Assembly (NCBI RefSeq): GCF_910589165.1
Contig: NZ_CAJUSP010000007.1
Origin: an uncultured Adlercreutzia sp.
GTDB lineage: Bacteria > Actinomycetota > Coriobacteriia > Coriobacteriales > Eggerthellaceae
DNA: 64,000 nucleotides
Direction: 5' to 3' (one strand)
How positions within the stretch are numbered: the first letter of the stretch is position 1; each line of letters opens with the position of its first letter. Of the stretch, positions 8,547-16,451 are shown piece after piece. The translations under genes were made by a program, and so were the position numbers. The notes beneath the pieces are model-generated. The model did not search any database, was not told where the DNA came from, and was given only the letters and a program-made list of their open reading frames with translations.

Positions 8547-9926
8547 ATGGACAAACGAGAACTCGCTCGCATCATCGAGCACGGCGAAACCGATCGCATT
8601 GAATTCAAGCGCTGCGGCAACCAGCCGGGCGGCGATCTCTTCGAAACCCTCTGCGCTTTCGCCAACAGCTTCGGAGGCGATGTCTTCCTTGGCGTGGACG
8701 ATGACGGTACGATCATCGGCCTACGGGAAGACCAGGTGCTGCCCGTCACCAGAAACATCCTCAACGTGCTGAACAATCCCAACGCCTTCGACATTCCCGT
8801 CCCCGTCGACTTCGAGCAGATCGACATCGATGGACGCAGCATCGTCAAGCTCGCCGTGCCCAACAGCCCGCAGATGCACAGCTACAAAGGCAGCGTGTAC
8901 GAACGCCGCGGCGATTCGGATATGGTTGTGCGCGGAAGCGCTCCTCTGGCCGAGCTGTGCATTCGCAAGCAGGGAATCTTTACCGAGCAGAGAGTATTCG
9001 AGAACGTCGCGCTCGACGACCTGCGAGACGACCTTATCGATCGAGCTCGCACCATGGCAACGGCGAAGCGCAAGGATCATCCCTGGGGTAACATGACCAA
9101 CCGGCAGCTTGTTGAGTCTGCCGGGTTCTATGGGAAGGATTTCACCACCGGCAAAACGGGCTTCAACCTGGCCGCCGTGGTGACGCTCGGAAAAGACGAA
9201 GTTATTCGCTCGCTTTGCCCAACCTACAAAACCGATGCCCTTGTTCGCGTGGAAGACACCGAGCGCTACGATGACAGGCTGACGGTGGCGACCAACCTTC
9301 TGGACGCCTATCAGCTTCTTGCCGAATTCGGGCGCAAGCATCTTCCCGATCGGTTTCTTCTAAGCGGAGACTTCGCAACGAGCCCGCGCGATGTGATCAT
9401 TCGCGAGCTGGTCGTGAACTGCCTTATCCATCGCGAGTTTACGAGCCCTTTTGTGGCGAAGATGATTGTCGACCGGAAGGCGCTTCGCACCGAGAATGCA
9501 AGCCGCGCCTCATTTGAAGGGCCCCTCGATCCCGATTCCTTCAATCCTCTTCCCAAGAACCCTCTTATTGCATCGTTTTTCTCCCACGTTGGCCTTGCGG
9601 AAGAGCTCGGCAGCGGCACGCGGGAGTTGTTCCGGAACTCGCGCCTTTACACTGGACGAGACCCCGAGCTGGAAGAAGGCGTGATCTTCCGGGCGACCGT
9701 GCCCTTGGAGGCCCCCTCCACGATGGAGTATCACGTCATATCGCTTCCCAAAGACATTGAGGCAGCCGCCTTGCAGTTGGCGGCTCGTGAAGAAGGACTG
9801 CGAACCTCCGACTTGGTAGAGGCCGGCCATTCTCGGCGCACCGCCCAGCGGGCCATTCGCGATTTGGTGGACGCCGGCAAGCTCGCTTCCGAGGGTAACG
9901 GCCCGAGTCGCGTGTACCGCGTGTAG
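8547..9926 (+). CDS. AlbA_2 (Schlafen-like) + HATPase_c_4 + C-terminal wHTH protein (often annotated ATP-binding protein / RecG-like putative regulator)
   Basis: N-terminus ETDRIEFKR...LCAFANSFGGDVFLGVDDDGTIIGL (AlbA_2). Middle IRELVVNCLIHREF...GSGTRELF (HATPase_c_4-like). C-terminus RRTAQRAIRDLVDAGKL (wHTH). Confidence 0.85.
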   Translation: MDKRELARIIEHGETDRIEFKRCGNQPGGDLFETLCAFANSFGGDVFLGVDDDGTIIGLREDQVLPVTRNILNVLNNPNAFDIPVPVDFEQIDIDGRSIVKLAVPNSPQMHSYKGSVYERRGDSDMVVRGSAPLAELCIRKQGIFTEQRVFENVALDDLRDDLIDRARTMATAKRKDHPWGNMTNRQLVESAGFYGKDFTTGKTGFNLAAVVTLGKDEVIRSLCPTYKTDALVRVEDTERYDDRLTVATNLLDAYQLLAEFGRKHLPDRFLLSGDFATSPRDVIIRELVVNCLIHREFTSPFVAKMIVDRKALRTENASRASFEGPLDPDSFNPLPKNPLIASFFSHVGLAEELGSGTRELFRNSRLYTGRDPELEEGVIFRATVPLEAPSTMEYHVISLPKDIEAAALQLAAREEGLRTSDLVEAGHSRRTAQRAIRDLVDAGKLASEGNGPSRVYRV

Positions 9927-10129
9927 CTCGCCGACGGAGCTTGCGAGAAATCTGGGGCCATAGCGGGGTGGTTCGCGGCGCTGGCGTAGGCCCTCGCGGG
10001 ACTTCTTTCACGCTTCAGCCGAAATAACGGTTGCACGGGCGGCCGTTAGGGGGACAATGGGTGCGAGAGTATTTCCAGCAGGCACCGGCGGCCGGCGCAA
10101 GGCGCTGGCGCAACACGAGCGGAGGAACC

Positions 10130-11335
10130 ATGGCCGAGACCACGTTTGAGACAAGCGAGCTTCTATCCGAGGGCATCACGAATACGCCCCCCTCGTTCGT
10201 GCGCGCCATCCTGAAGGCAGCCAGCGACCCGAACGTCATCTCGTTCGCCGGCGGCCTGCCGAACCCCATCTCGTTCCCCCAGGAGAAGCTGCTGGAATCC
10301 ATGGAGCGCGTGGTGGCCGAGCGCGGCGCCGACGCCTTCCAGTACTCCGCCACCGCCGGCGTCGAGGAGCTGCGCGGCTGGATCGCCGACCGCTACAACA
10401 AGCGCTTCGGCACCGACTACGTGGCCGACGACGTGCTCATCACCACCGGCAGCCAGCAGGTGCTCGACCTTTTGGGCAAGGCGCTGCTGGACAAGGGCGA
10501 CGGCGTCATCGTGGAGAAGCCCACCTACCTGGCCGCTATCCAGGCCTTCGCCATGCAGCAGCCCGTTTTCCGCGAGGTGGAGCTTACCGAGGACGGCCTG
10601 AACATCGACGAGCTGAACGAGGCGCTCGATGCCGGCGCGAAGATGATCTACCTCATTCCGAACTTCCAGAACCCCACCGGCCTCACCTATACCGAGGAGG
10701 GCCGCCGCCAGGTGCGCGAGGCGCTGGCCGACCGCAACATCGTGGTGGTGGAGGACGACCCCTACGGCGAACTGCGCTTCCAGGGCGACTCGCTGCCCTA
10801 CATCGGCGGCGTGAACCACCCCCACGGCGTCATCATGGGCTCGTTCTCGAAGACGGTCACCCCGGGCTTCCGCATGGGCTACCTGCTGACGAAGGACCAC
10901 GACCTGCTGAAGGCCCTGAACACCGCCAAGGAGGCAGCCGACCTGCACACCAACGTGTTCTCGCAGTACGTGGTGTACGACTACCTGACTCACAACGACC
11001 TGGACGAGCACCTGGTGAAGATCCGCGATTTGTACGGCAAGCAGGCCACCGCCATGGTCGACGCCATGGGCGAGTACTTCCCCGAGAACGTTAGCTTCAC
11101 CACACCGGAGGGCGGCATGTTCCTGTGGGTGACGCTGCCCGAGGGCATCTCCACCATGGACATGTTCGACAAGGCCCTTGAGCGCAACGTGGCCTTCGTG
11201 CCCGGCGACCCGTTCTACGCCGAGCCCGGCCGCCACAACACCATGCGCCTGAACTTCACCAACGCCGACGAGGACACCATCCGCGACGGCATCCGCCGCC
11301 TCGGCGAGGTCATCGAACAGACACTCGCGAAGTAG
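10130..11335 (+). CDS. PLP-dependent aminotransferase (class I/II, 2-aminoadipate/aromatic aminotransferase-like)
   Basis: ISFAGGLPNP, YLIPNFQNPTG and SFSKTVTPGFRMGY (PLP lysine region). Start ATG 10130 follows GGAGGAACC. Confidence 0.9.
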   Translation: MAETTFETSELLSEGITNTPPSFVRAILKAASDPNVISFAGGLPNPISFPQEKLLESMERVVAERGADAFQYSATAGVEELRGWIADRYNKRFGTDYVADDVLITTGSQQVLDLLGKALLDKGDGVIVEKPTYLAAIQAFAMQQPVFREVELTEDGLNIDELNEALDAGAKMIYLIPNFQNPTGLTYTEEGRRQVREALADRNIVVVEDDPYGELRFQGDSLPYIGGVNHPHGVIMGSFSKTVTPGFRMGYLLTKDHDLLKALNTAKEAADLHTNVFSQYVVYDYLTHNDLDEHLVKIRDLYGKQATAMVDAMGEYFPENVSFTTPEGGMFLWVTLPEGISTMDMFDKALERNVAFVPGDPFYAEPGRHNTMRLNFTNADEDTIRDGIRRLGEVIEQTLAK

Positions 11336-11367
11336 TACGAAGAAACCAAGCGACCCCAGCCACCGCA

Positions 11368-11400
11368 ATCCCCGGACGCCTCGGCGCCCGGGGATTTTTA
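11368..11400 (+). terminator. Rho-independent terminator after the aminotransferase
   Basis: ATCCCCGG-loop-CCGGGGAT followed by TTTTA. Confidence 0.6.
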
Positions 11401-11455
11401 CTTCTCCCGCGGAAGCCTTGCTTTCGTCGGTTCGACGTTTCGGAGAGTGTGCTAT

Positions 11456-11480
11456 AATTCTGGCTAAGTTAGCCAGAATT
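11456..11480. promoter_or_regulatory. 25-bp palindrome AATTCTGGCTAA-G-TTAGCCAGAATT overlapping a TATAAT box, candidate Phd/VapC operator
   Basis: TATAAT at 11453-11458. The palindrome ends 1 nt before GGAGG and 10 nt before ATG 11491. Confidence 0.5.
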
Positions 11481-11490
11481 GGAGGCTGTC

Positions 11491-11733
11491 ATGCTTCAAG
11501 CAAATGTGCTGGAAACGAAGAACGGGCTTTCCGGGTTTCTGCGCCTGCTGGAAAGCGGGCAGGAAGACTGCGTGATCATCGCGCGCCATAACAAGCCCGT
11601 GGCCAAAATCGTGCCCTTCCGCAGCGACGACGCCAGCAGCCGCATCGGCATCGCGCGAGGCCAGGCGCTGTTCACCGACAACTGGGACGACGAGAGCATC
11701 AACGTCGAAGTGGCCGAGCTGTTCGGGGCCTAG
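11491..11733 (+). CDS. Phd/YefM-family type II antitoxin
   Basis: MLQANVLETKNGLSGFLRLLESGQEDCVIIARHNKPVAKIVPF is a typical Phd/YefM N-terminal fold signature. Abuts the PIN gene. Confidence 0.8.
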   Translation: MLQANVLETKNGLSGFLRLLESGQEDCVIIARHNKPVAKIVPFRSDDASSRIGIARGQALFTDNWDDESINVEVAELFGA

Positions 11734-11735
11734 CG

Positions 11736-12140
11736 ATGCGCGTCCTCCTCGACACCCACATCCTCCTCTGGGCCTTAACCGACGATGTTCGGCTCTCGCC
11801 CGCAGCGCGGTCTATCATCGCAGACGGATCCAACGCCGTCTTCTACAGCGTCGCGTCGCTCTGGGAGGTGTCCATCAAGCACGCCGCCCACCCCGACCGC
11901 ATGATGATGGATGCGGGCCAGCTCTCTCGCTTCTGCCGCGACGCCGGCTTCGACCCTCTTTCGATCTCCGAGCGGCACGTGCTAACCCTGGACACGCTCA
12001 GCCGCCCCGCAGAGGCGCCTCCCCACAACGACCCCTTCGATCGCATCATGCTGGCACAGGCCAAAGCCGACAACCTGGTTTTCCTCACCCACGACTCACT
12101 GATCCCCCACTACAACGAACCCTGCATCCTGGCGGTTTAA
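11736..12140 (+). CDS. vapC: PIN-domain toxin (VapC-like)
   Basis: MRVLLDTHILLWAL...ASLWEVSIK...DPFDRIMLAQA...FLTHD, the four conserved acidic PIN positions. Confidence 0.9.
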   Translation: MRVLLDTHILLWALTDDVRLSPAARSIIADGSNAVFYSVASLWEVSIKHAAHPDRMMMDAGQLSRFCRDAGFDPLSISERHVLTLDTLSRPAEAPPHNDPFDRIMLAQAKADNLVFLTHDSLIPHYNEPCILAV

Positions 12141-12168
12141 GCCGGGCTTTGAGGCAAAGGAGGCTCTT

Positions 12169-12504
12169 ATGGCTGACTCGCTTTTTCGCAATCTGGACAA
12201 CTCAGCCCATCCGCTGCAGTGGGAGGGAGCGCACCCTCAAGAGCAATCGCAACAGCACGAGGCCCAAGCCGCTCTCGTATCGTCCTCTCGTGTCTGCGAT
12301 AACGACTGGGTAGCGCGGCTTCACGACGTCGGCGCATCGACAGGCGGCATCGAACTGGATGAGCCTGTCCGCCACTATGCGCGAAAGATTGATTAAGTGG
12401 GTGCGCACGAGATACATCTCTAGCGCAACGAGGCCATCTTGTGCACTCGCAACACGAAGGACTTCGATTACCTGGACCTCGATTGCGTGAACCCCTTCGA
12501 GTAA
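12169..12504 (+). pseudogene. Probable degraded PIN-domain gene
   Basis: A single reading frame with in-frame stops at 12394-12396 and 12421-12423. The tail reads RNEAILCTRNTKDFDYLDLDCVNPFE*, a typical PIN C-terminus. The N-terminal part is unrecognisable. Confidence 0.4.
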
Positions 12505-12519
12505 CCCTTCGAGGCGCAG

Positions 12520-13626
12520 CTACTCGTCTTTCGTGAAAGTGCTCACGGCTATGGCGGCTACGGCGCACAGAAGGCCGCCGAAGGCCCAGGCGAGCCAGAA
12601 GTAATCGGTGCACCAGGCGGGCACGAACAGCAGCGCAAGCCCCACGATGGTGGCGCCGATCATGATGATGGCGCACAAGCCGCCAGTCAGCTTGCCCTTA
12701 CGGTGCCTGCGGGCCAAACGGGCGCGGGCTCGATCGATTTCCTCGTCGCTGGCATCGGGCACGCCGAGCATGAGGCAGATCTGCTCGTCGGTATAGGTGC
12801 TGCGCAGCGTGGCGGCATCCATGGACTGCACGCCTTCCCACAGCTCGCCTTCGGCGAGCGCCTGCTCGCGCGCCTCGTTGTAGTTCGCCACATTCAGACG
12901 GCCCAGCATCATAGAGCCATAGACGATAAGCCCCGCTGCCGCCGCGATGCACGCCATCATGACCGCCGCCAGTTCCATCTGAACAAACTCCGGGGCGCTG
13001 TCGCCGAGAGCCATGATCACAATGCCCACGAAGACGAGGGCGATGCCCGCCACCAGCGTGACCGAGAACAGGCGCTGGGCTCGATGCCGATCTTCGGTGG
13101 TGTAGAAGTCCTGGATATAGGGGTGAGAGCGCTGGAATTCCGTATGCCGCATAGCTCCCACGAGAATGAATGCAACCCCTGCCGCAATGCCGACGAACAA
13201 AGGCACGAGAGCGATAGCCTCGAAGGCAGGGGCCTGGGTCTCGGCCCAGCCCGTTACCGCCATGAACAACGCCACCCCCAACATGATGGCGCTCACACCT
13301 GCGGCAATATTCCGCGCGAAAAGGCGCATGTGGTCGTCGTAGCCGCACACGTCTTGGGGCGGCACGCCGGCATTGGCGCGCAGGGCAGCGGCTTTGGCCT
13401 GGGCAGTCGGGCTCACGGGCTGCTGCGTGACGTCGCCTTGCACGAGGTCATCGAGGGTCACGTCGAAGATTTGACAGAGCTTCAGCAGCTTGTCCATTTC
13501 CGGATAGGATTTCTCGGCCTCCCACTTGGTAACCGACTGGCGGCTCACCCCCAACAGCATGGCCAGCTGCTCTTGGGTCATCGATTGGGAAGCCCGCAGG
13601 TATTGAAGGTTGTCACGGAAACTCAT
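12520..13626 (-). CDS. XRE-family HTH regulator fused to a multi-TM C-terminal domain
   Basis: MSFRDNLQYLRASQSMTQEQLAMLLGVSRQSVTKWEAEKSYPEMDKLLKLCQIF (HTH_3), followed by about 6 hydrophobic helices. Confidence 0.85.
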   Translation of the reverse strand: MSFRDNLQYLRASQSMTQEQLAMLLGVSRQSVTKWEAEKSYPEMDKLLKLCQIFDVTLDDLVQGDVTQQPVSPTAQAKAAALRANAGVPPQDVCGYDDHMRLFARNIAAGVSAIMLGVALFMAVTGWAETQAPAFEAIALVPLFVGIAAGVAFILVGAMRHTEFQRSHPYIQDFYTTEDRHRAQRLFSVTLVAGIALVFVGIVIMALGDSAPEFVQMELAAVMMACIAAAAGLIVYGSMMLGRLNVANYNEAREQALAEGELWEGVQSMDAATLRSTYTDEQICLMLGVPDASDEEIDRARARLARRHRKGKLTGGLCAIIMIGATIVGLALLFVPAWCTDYFWLAWAFGGLLCAVAAIAVSTFTKDE

Positions 13627-13800
13627 GGCTCGTCTTTCTCGTCGTAGCGGCTGTGAGACAGTGCCCACTTTAGCTTTCGCCTTGGGCGCAGGCTACCAAC
13701 TTTCGGCATCTTTTTCCGCAACTTTCGGGCGCCTTGCGGTTGCAAAGCGCAGGTCAGTAGCAGAGAGCGATCTCTTGTCCCCCGAAGAGACACGGGCAGC

Positions 13801-14424
13801 CTAGCAAGCGAGCAGCACTGCCAGCCCGGCGGCACACAAGCCTGCCACGGTGCCGCAAAAGGCGCCGGCGATGACATCGCGCGGGTAATGGACGCCGGCG
13901 AACACGCGAAGGACGGCAAGCAGGCAGGCGCAAACAAGCAGAGCGACAGCCACCGCCGGGCACAGCGCCCACCAGCAGCTGGCAATGGCGAAGGCCGAGA
14001 ACGCATGGCGGCTGGGAAACGATCGGCCCGAGCCATCGCGAGGAACGAGCGGCACCACGCCATCGCGCTCGTAGGGACGCGGCGCGTTAAGGCGCGCCCG
14101 CACCGCCGAAAGCAGCGCGAACGCCGCACCGGGTACAAACGTCAGCGCGGCCATGGCAGCGAGGCGCGCGGCAATCGGCGTAGCGCTCCACAGCGCGAGA
14201 CCTTCCACATCGCCGGCGCCCGATTCGGCCGACGCAACGCCGTCAAGAGGGGCTCCCAGCGCCACCAATACCAGCAATGCTCCATAGGCTCCGTAGAACA
14301 GCCAGACGATGAGACGGTTCGCCACGCCCAAGGCGCGCACGGCCCGCGGCCTTCCCCGAAACGGCAACGCCCAGCGCTCATAGCGCCGGGCGTACCGAGT
14401 TTCAGTATGTTGCCGTTGGCTCAT
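13801..14424 (-). CDS. PAP2-family phosphatase
   Basis: SFPSRHAFSAF and GVHYPRDVIAGA, PAP2 motifs C2/C3. Confidence 0.85.
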   Translation of the reverse strand: MSQRQHTETRYARRYERWALPFRGRPRAVRALGVANRLIVWLFYGAYGALLVLVALGAPLDGVASAESGAGDVEGLALWSATPIAARLAAMAALTFVPGAAFALLSAVRARLNAPRPYERDGVVPLVPRDGSGRSFPSRHAFSAFAIASCWWALCPAVAVALLVCACLLAVLRVFAGVHYPRDVIAGAFCGTVAGLCAAGLAVLLAC

Positions 14425-14431
14425 AGGGCCA

Positions 14432-15577
14432 TTATAAGGCTCGCAACTCCTTAGAGGCACGGCGGCGGGCGAAGGCGACCGCAGCGCCGGACGCTGCCGC
14501 CAAAGCCCCCAGGGCTACGGCTGTCGCCGCCGTGGCGTCACCGGTCTGGGGAATGAGCAGCACACGCTTTTCGCCATCAGCCATCGGCGTTGCATCGTCG
14601 ATGATCTGCGTCGTCGGCTCATCGCTTGTGGAATCCTCCGCCGCTTCTTCGCGGTCGGACGGGCTCGCGTCATTGTCCGCCGAAGGCTTGTCGCCCTCCC
14701 CACCGTTCGCGTCACCCACAGAATCAGCGCCCGCGAAGATGTCATCGGGGAGCGTGGCCACATCGTCTTCAACGGGCACGCCATCGGGCAGATTCACCGC
14801 ATCGTCTTCCACGTAGACGTCGTCGGGAAGGTTCGCCGCGTCGTCCTCGGTGTAGGCGTCGTCGGGCAGGTGGGCGGCCGTGCCGTAGACGAGGTTGATC
14901 TCGTTCTTGGCCGGATCCAACTTCACCGACACCTCCTCAGGCCAGCTGCCGGCGTACTGCAGACCATCGATGGCCGGAGCCAGCTCGTCGCCGGTCAGCA
15001 CATCGGCGAAAAGCTCGCCCTCACGCACCTCGCTGCCCAACTTCGTGAACTGCACGGGTACGTCGCTCACCGAAACCACCGGCGCGTCGTCGCTCTGCTT
15101 GTCCTGGGGGACCGCCGGTTCGCTCAACACCGCGGCGTGGTAGTAGTTCACCGTCACCGCGCTCGTGTTGCGGAAGTAGTTCAGCTGCACGGCGTTGGCG
15201 GCCGGGTTGTCGGACACCACAATCTCGCGCGGCCACGCGTCGAAGAAGGTGAAGCCGGGCTGGGTGCCCACGTAATCCCATGTGTTCAGGCGGTCGCCGA
15301 CCTTCAATCCGTCCACGGTCTGCGTGCCAATGAGCCGCAGGTTAGTCAGCTCCGGCGCCTCGGGCTGCACGAAGGACGGGTCGTCGTAGAACATCATCTC
15401 GAAGTGGTAGAACGTCACCGAGTAGGTAGCCTCGTCGTCGACGACAGCTTCAGTCGACTTAACAGCAGAAAGAACCTCGTCCGCCGCCTCGGCGGCTAAG
15501 GCCGCCACCGGAGACAGCACAAGGGAGGCCGTCAGCGCACCCGACAGCAGCAGGGTCTTCAAAGAAATAGTTTTCAA
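14432..15577 (-). CDS. Secreted cell-wall-anchored surface protein (LPXTG-type sorting signal IPQTG)
   Basis: N-terminal signal peptide MKTISLKTLLLSGALTASLVLSPVAALA. C-terminus LLIPQTGD + hydrophobic helix + RRRASK. Confidence 0.8.
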   Translation of the reverse strand: MKTISLKTLLLSGALTASLVLSPVAALAAEAADEVLSAVKSTEAVVDDEATYSVTFYHFEMMFYDDPSFVQPEAPELTNLRLIGTQTVDGLKVGDRLNTWDYVGTQPGFTFFDAWPREIVVSDNPAANAVQLNYFRNTSAVTVNYYHAAVLSEPAVPQDKQSDDAPVVSVSDVPVQFTKLGSEVREGELFADVLTGDELAPAIDGLQYAGSWPEEVSVKLDPAKNEINLVYGTAAHLPDDAYTEDDAANLPDDVYVEDDAVNLPDGVPVEDDVATLPDDIFAGADSVGDANGGEGDKPSADNDASPSDREEAAEDSTSDEPTTQIIDDATPMADGEKRVLLIPQTGDATAATAVALGALAAASGAAVAFARRRASKELRAL

Positions 15578-15691
15578 GTAAGTCTCACAATCTTGGGATG
15601 GGCCGCCCGCAGCGGCCCGAGGGCCATTGTCTAGTCATCTACTAGAATTTGTTGTGATATTTGTACCAAAATTGGGACACTACTTCAAGAG

Positions 15692-15738
15692 GGAGAATAG
15701 AGAAAGCCCCGTGTATCAACGAAATACACGGGGCTTTC
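15692..15738 (-). terminator. Hairpin terminator downstream of the PNPOx-family gene
   Basis: GAAAGCCCCGTGTAT-7nt-ATACACGGGGCTTTC (15-bp stem), followed on the minus strand by a T-rich run. Confidence 0.55.
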
Positions 15739-15760
15739 ACAAATGCCTTTTAACGATGCT

Positions 15761-16219
15761 CTAAGCTAAGCGAGCCTTCCCCGTCACTTCGGTCGGGGAA
15801 ATCTTCCACACCGCGGTGCGTTTGAGCTCGTCATCGATGGCCGCTTGGAATCCGGCGAGATTCTCGGCCGCGTAATGCTCCACGATGGCGCGCAGGGCCG
15901 CAATCTTCTCGGCTTCGTCGGTCACTTCGGACACCGGGCCGCGAAAGACGCCGCTCGCATATTCCGTGGCGTACTCCTCAGGCAGCGGCACCACATCATC
16001 CACCACCACCAGGCACGCCGGGGCGCCACCGGCCATCAGCTTCGCCTTCGCGCCGTGCTTGGCCGCATGGAAGTACACCGCCCCGTCAAGCGCCGCCGGT
16101 GACACCGGCACCGCATAGGGCAGCCCATCATCGTCCACCAGCGAGAGCACCCCGTACGGGCAGCGCGCCAGCACGTCCCAGGCGAATTCCGCCGTCTGCT
16201 CCCGATCCTTCCGCCGCAT
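15761..16219 (-). CDS. Pyridoxamine 5'-phosphate oxidase family protein (NimA-like flavin-binding split-barrel)
   Basis: MRRKDREQT..., CPYGVLSLVDDDGLPYAVPVS, VYFHAAKHGAK are typical of the PNPOx-like / 5-nitroimidazole-reductase-like family. Confidence 0.85.
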   Translation of the reverse strand: MRRKDREQTAEFAWDVLARCPYGVLSLVDDDGLPYAVPVSPAALDGAVYFHAAKHGAKAKLMAGGAPACLVVVDDVVPLPEEYATEYASGVFRGPVSEVTDEAEKIAALRAIVEHYAAENLAGFQAAIDDELKRTAVWKISPTEVTGKARLA

Positions 16220-16321
16220 AGAAATTCCCTTCTCTCAGTGAGACAGCACCCGGGGCGCCGTCTTGACCACCTTGCACGAGCGGCAAGGGCATGGCCCTTG
16301 CCCTACGAAATCATCCCTCTC

Positions 16322-16435
16322 GAGAGTGAGACACTGCCCCGGAGGGGTGTCTCATCTTCGGGGGCCCATGCGGCGCTTCGCGCAGAACGTCTCAGCGAAG
16401 CATGAGGCACCCCTCCGGGGCAGTGTCTCACTCTC
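16322..16435. repeat. Long nested inverted repeat (about 34-bp arms with 1 mismatch; each arm is itself palindromic around CCCCGGAGGGG)
   Basis: Left arm GAGAGTGAGACACTGCCCCGGAGGGGTGTCTCAT. The right arm is its reverse complement with one mismatch. Related copies at about 16231-16265 and 34570-34599. Confidence 0.85.
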
Positions 16436-16451
16436 GCGCCGATGCGACAAG

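Noticed and set aside
10163-11368. 401-aa ORF antisense to the aminotransferase. Similar long antisense or out-of-frame ORFs occur elsewhere, for example 28828..31542, 34285..36201, 36662..38155, 49937..52222, 22849..24411 and 44837..46528.
   Set aside because: These are shadow ORFs typical of high-GC DNA. Their translations are Arg/Ala/Gly/His-rich with no family signatures, and the opposite strand encodes clearly recognisable proteins.
6187-12520. Direct repeat of the tRNA-Gly 3' end that would mark an att site or island boundary
   Set aside because: I found no second copy of GGTTCGAGTCCCGTCGCCCGCTCCA, or a substantial part of it, by eye in the candidate intergenic regions (9927-10130, 12141-12170, 12505-12520).
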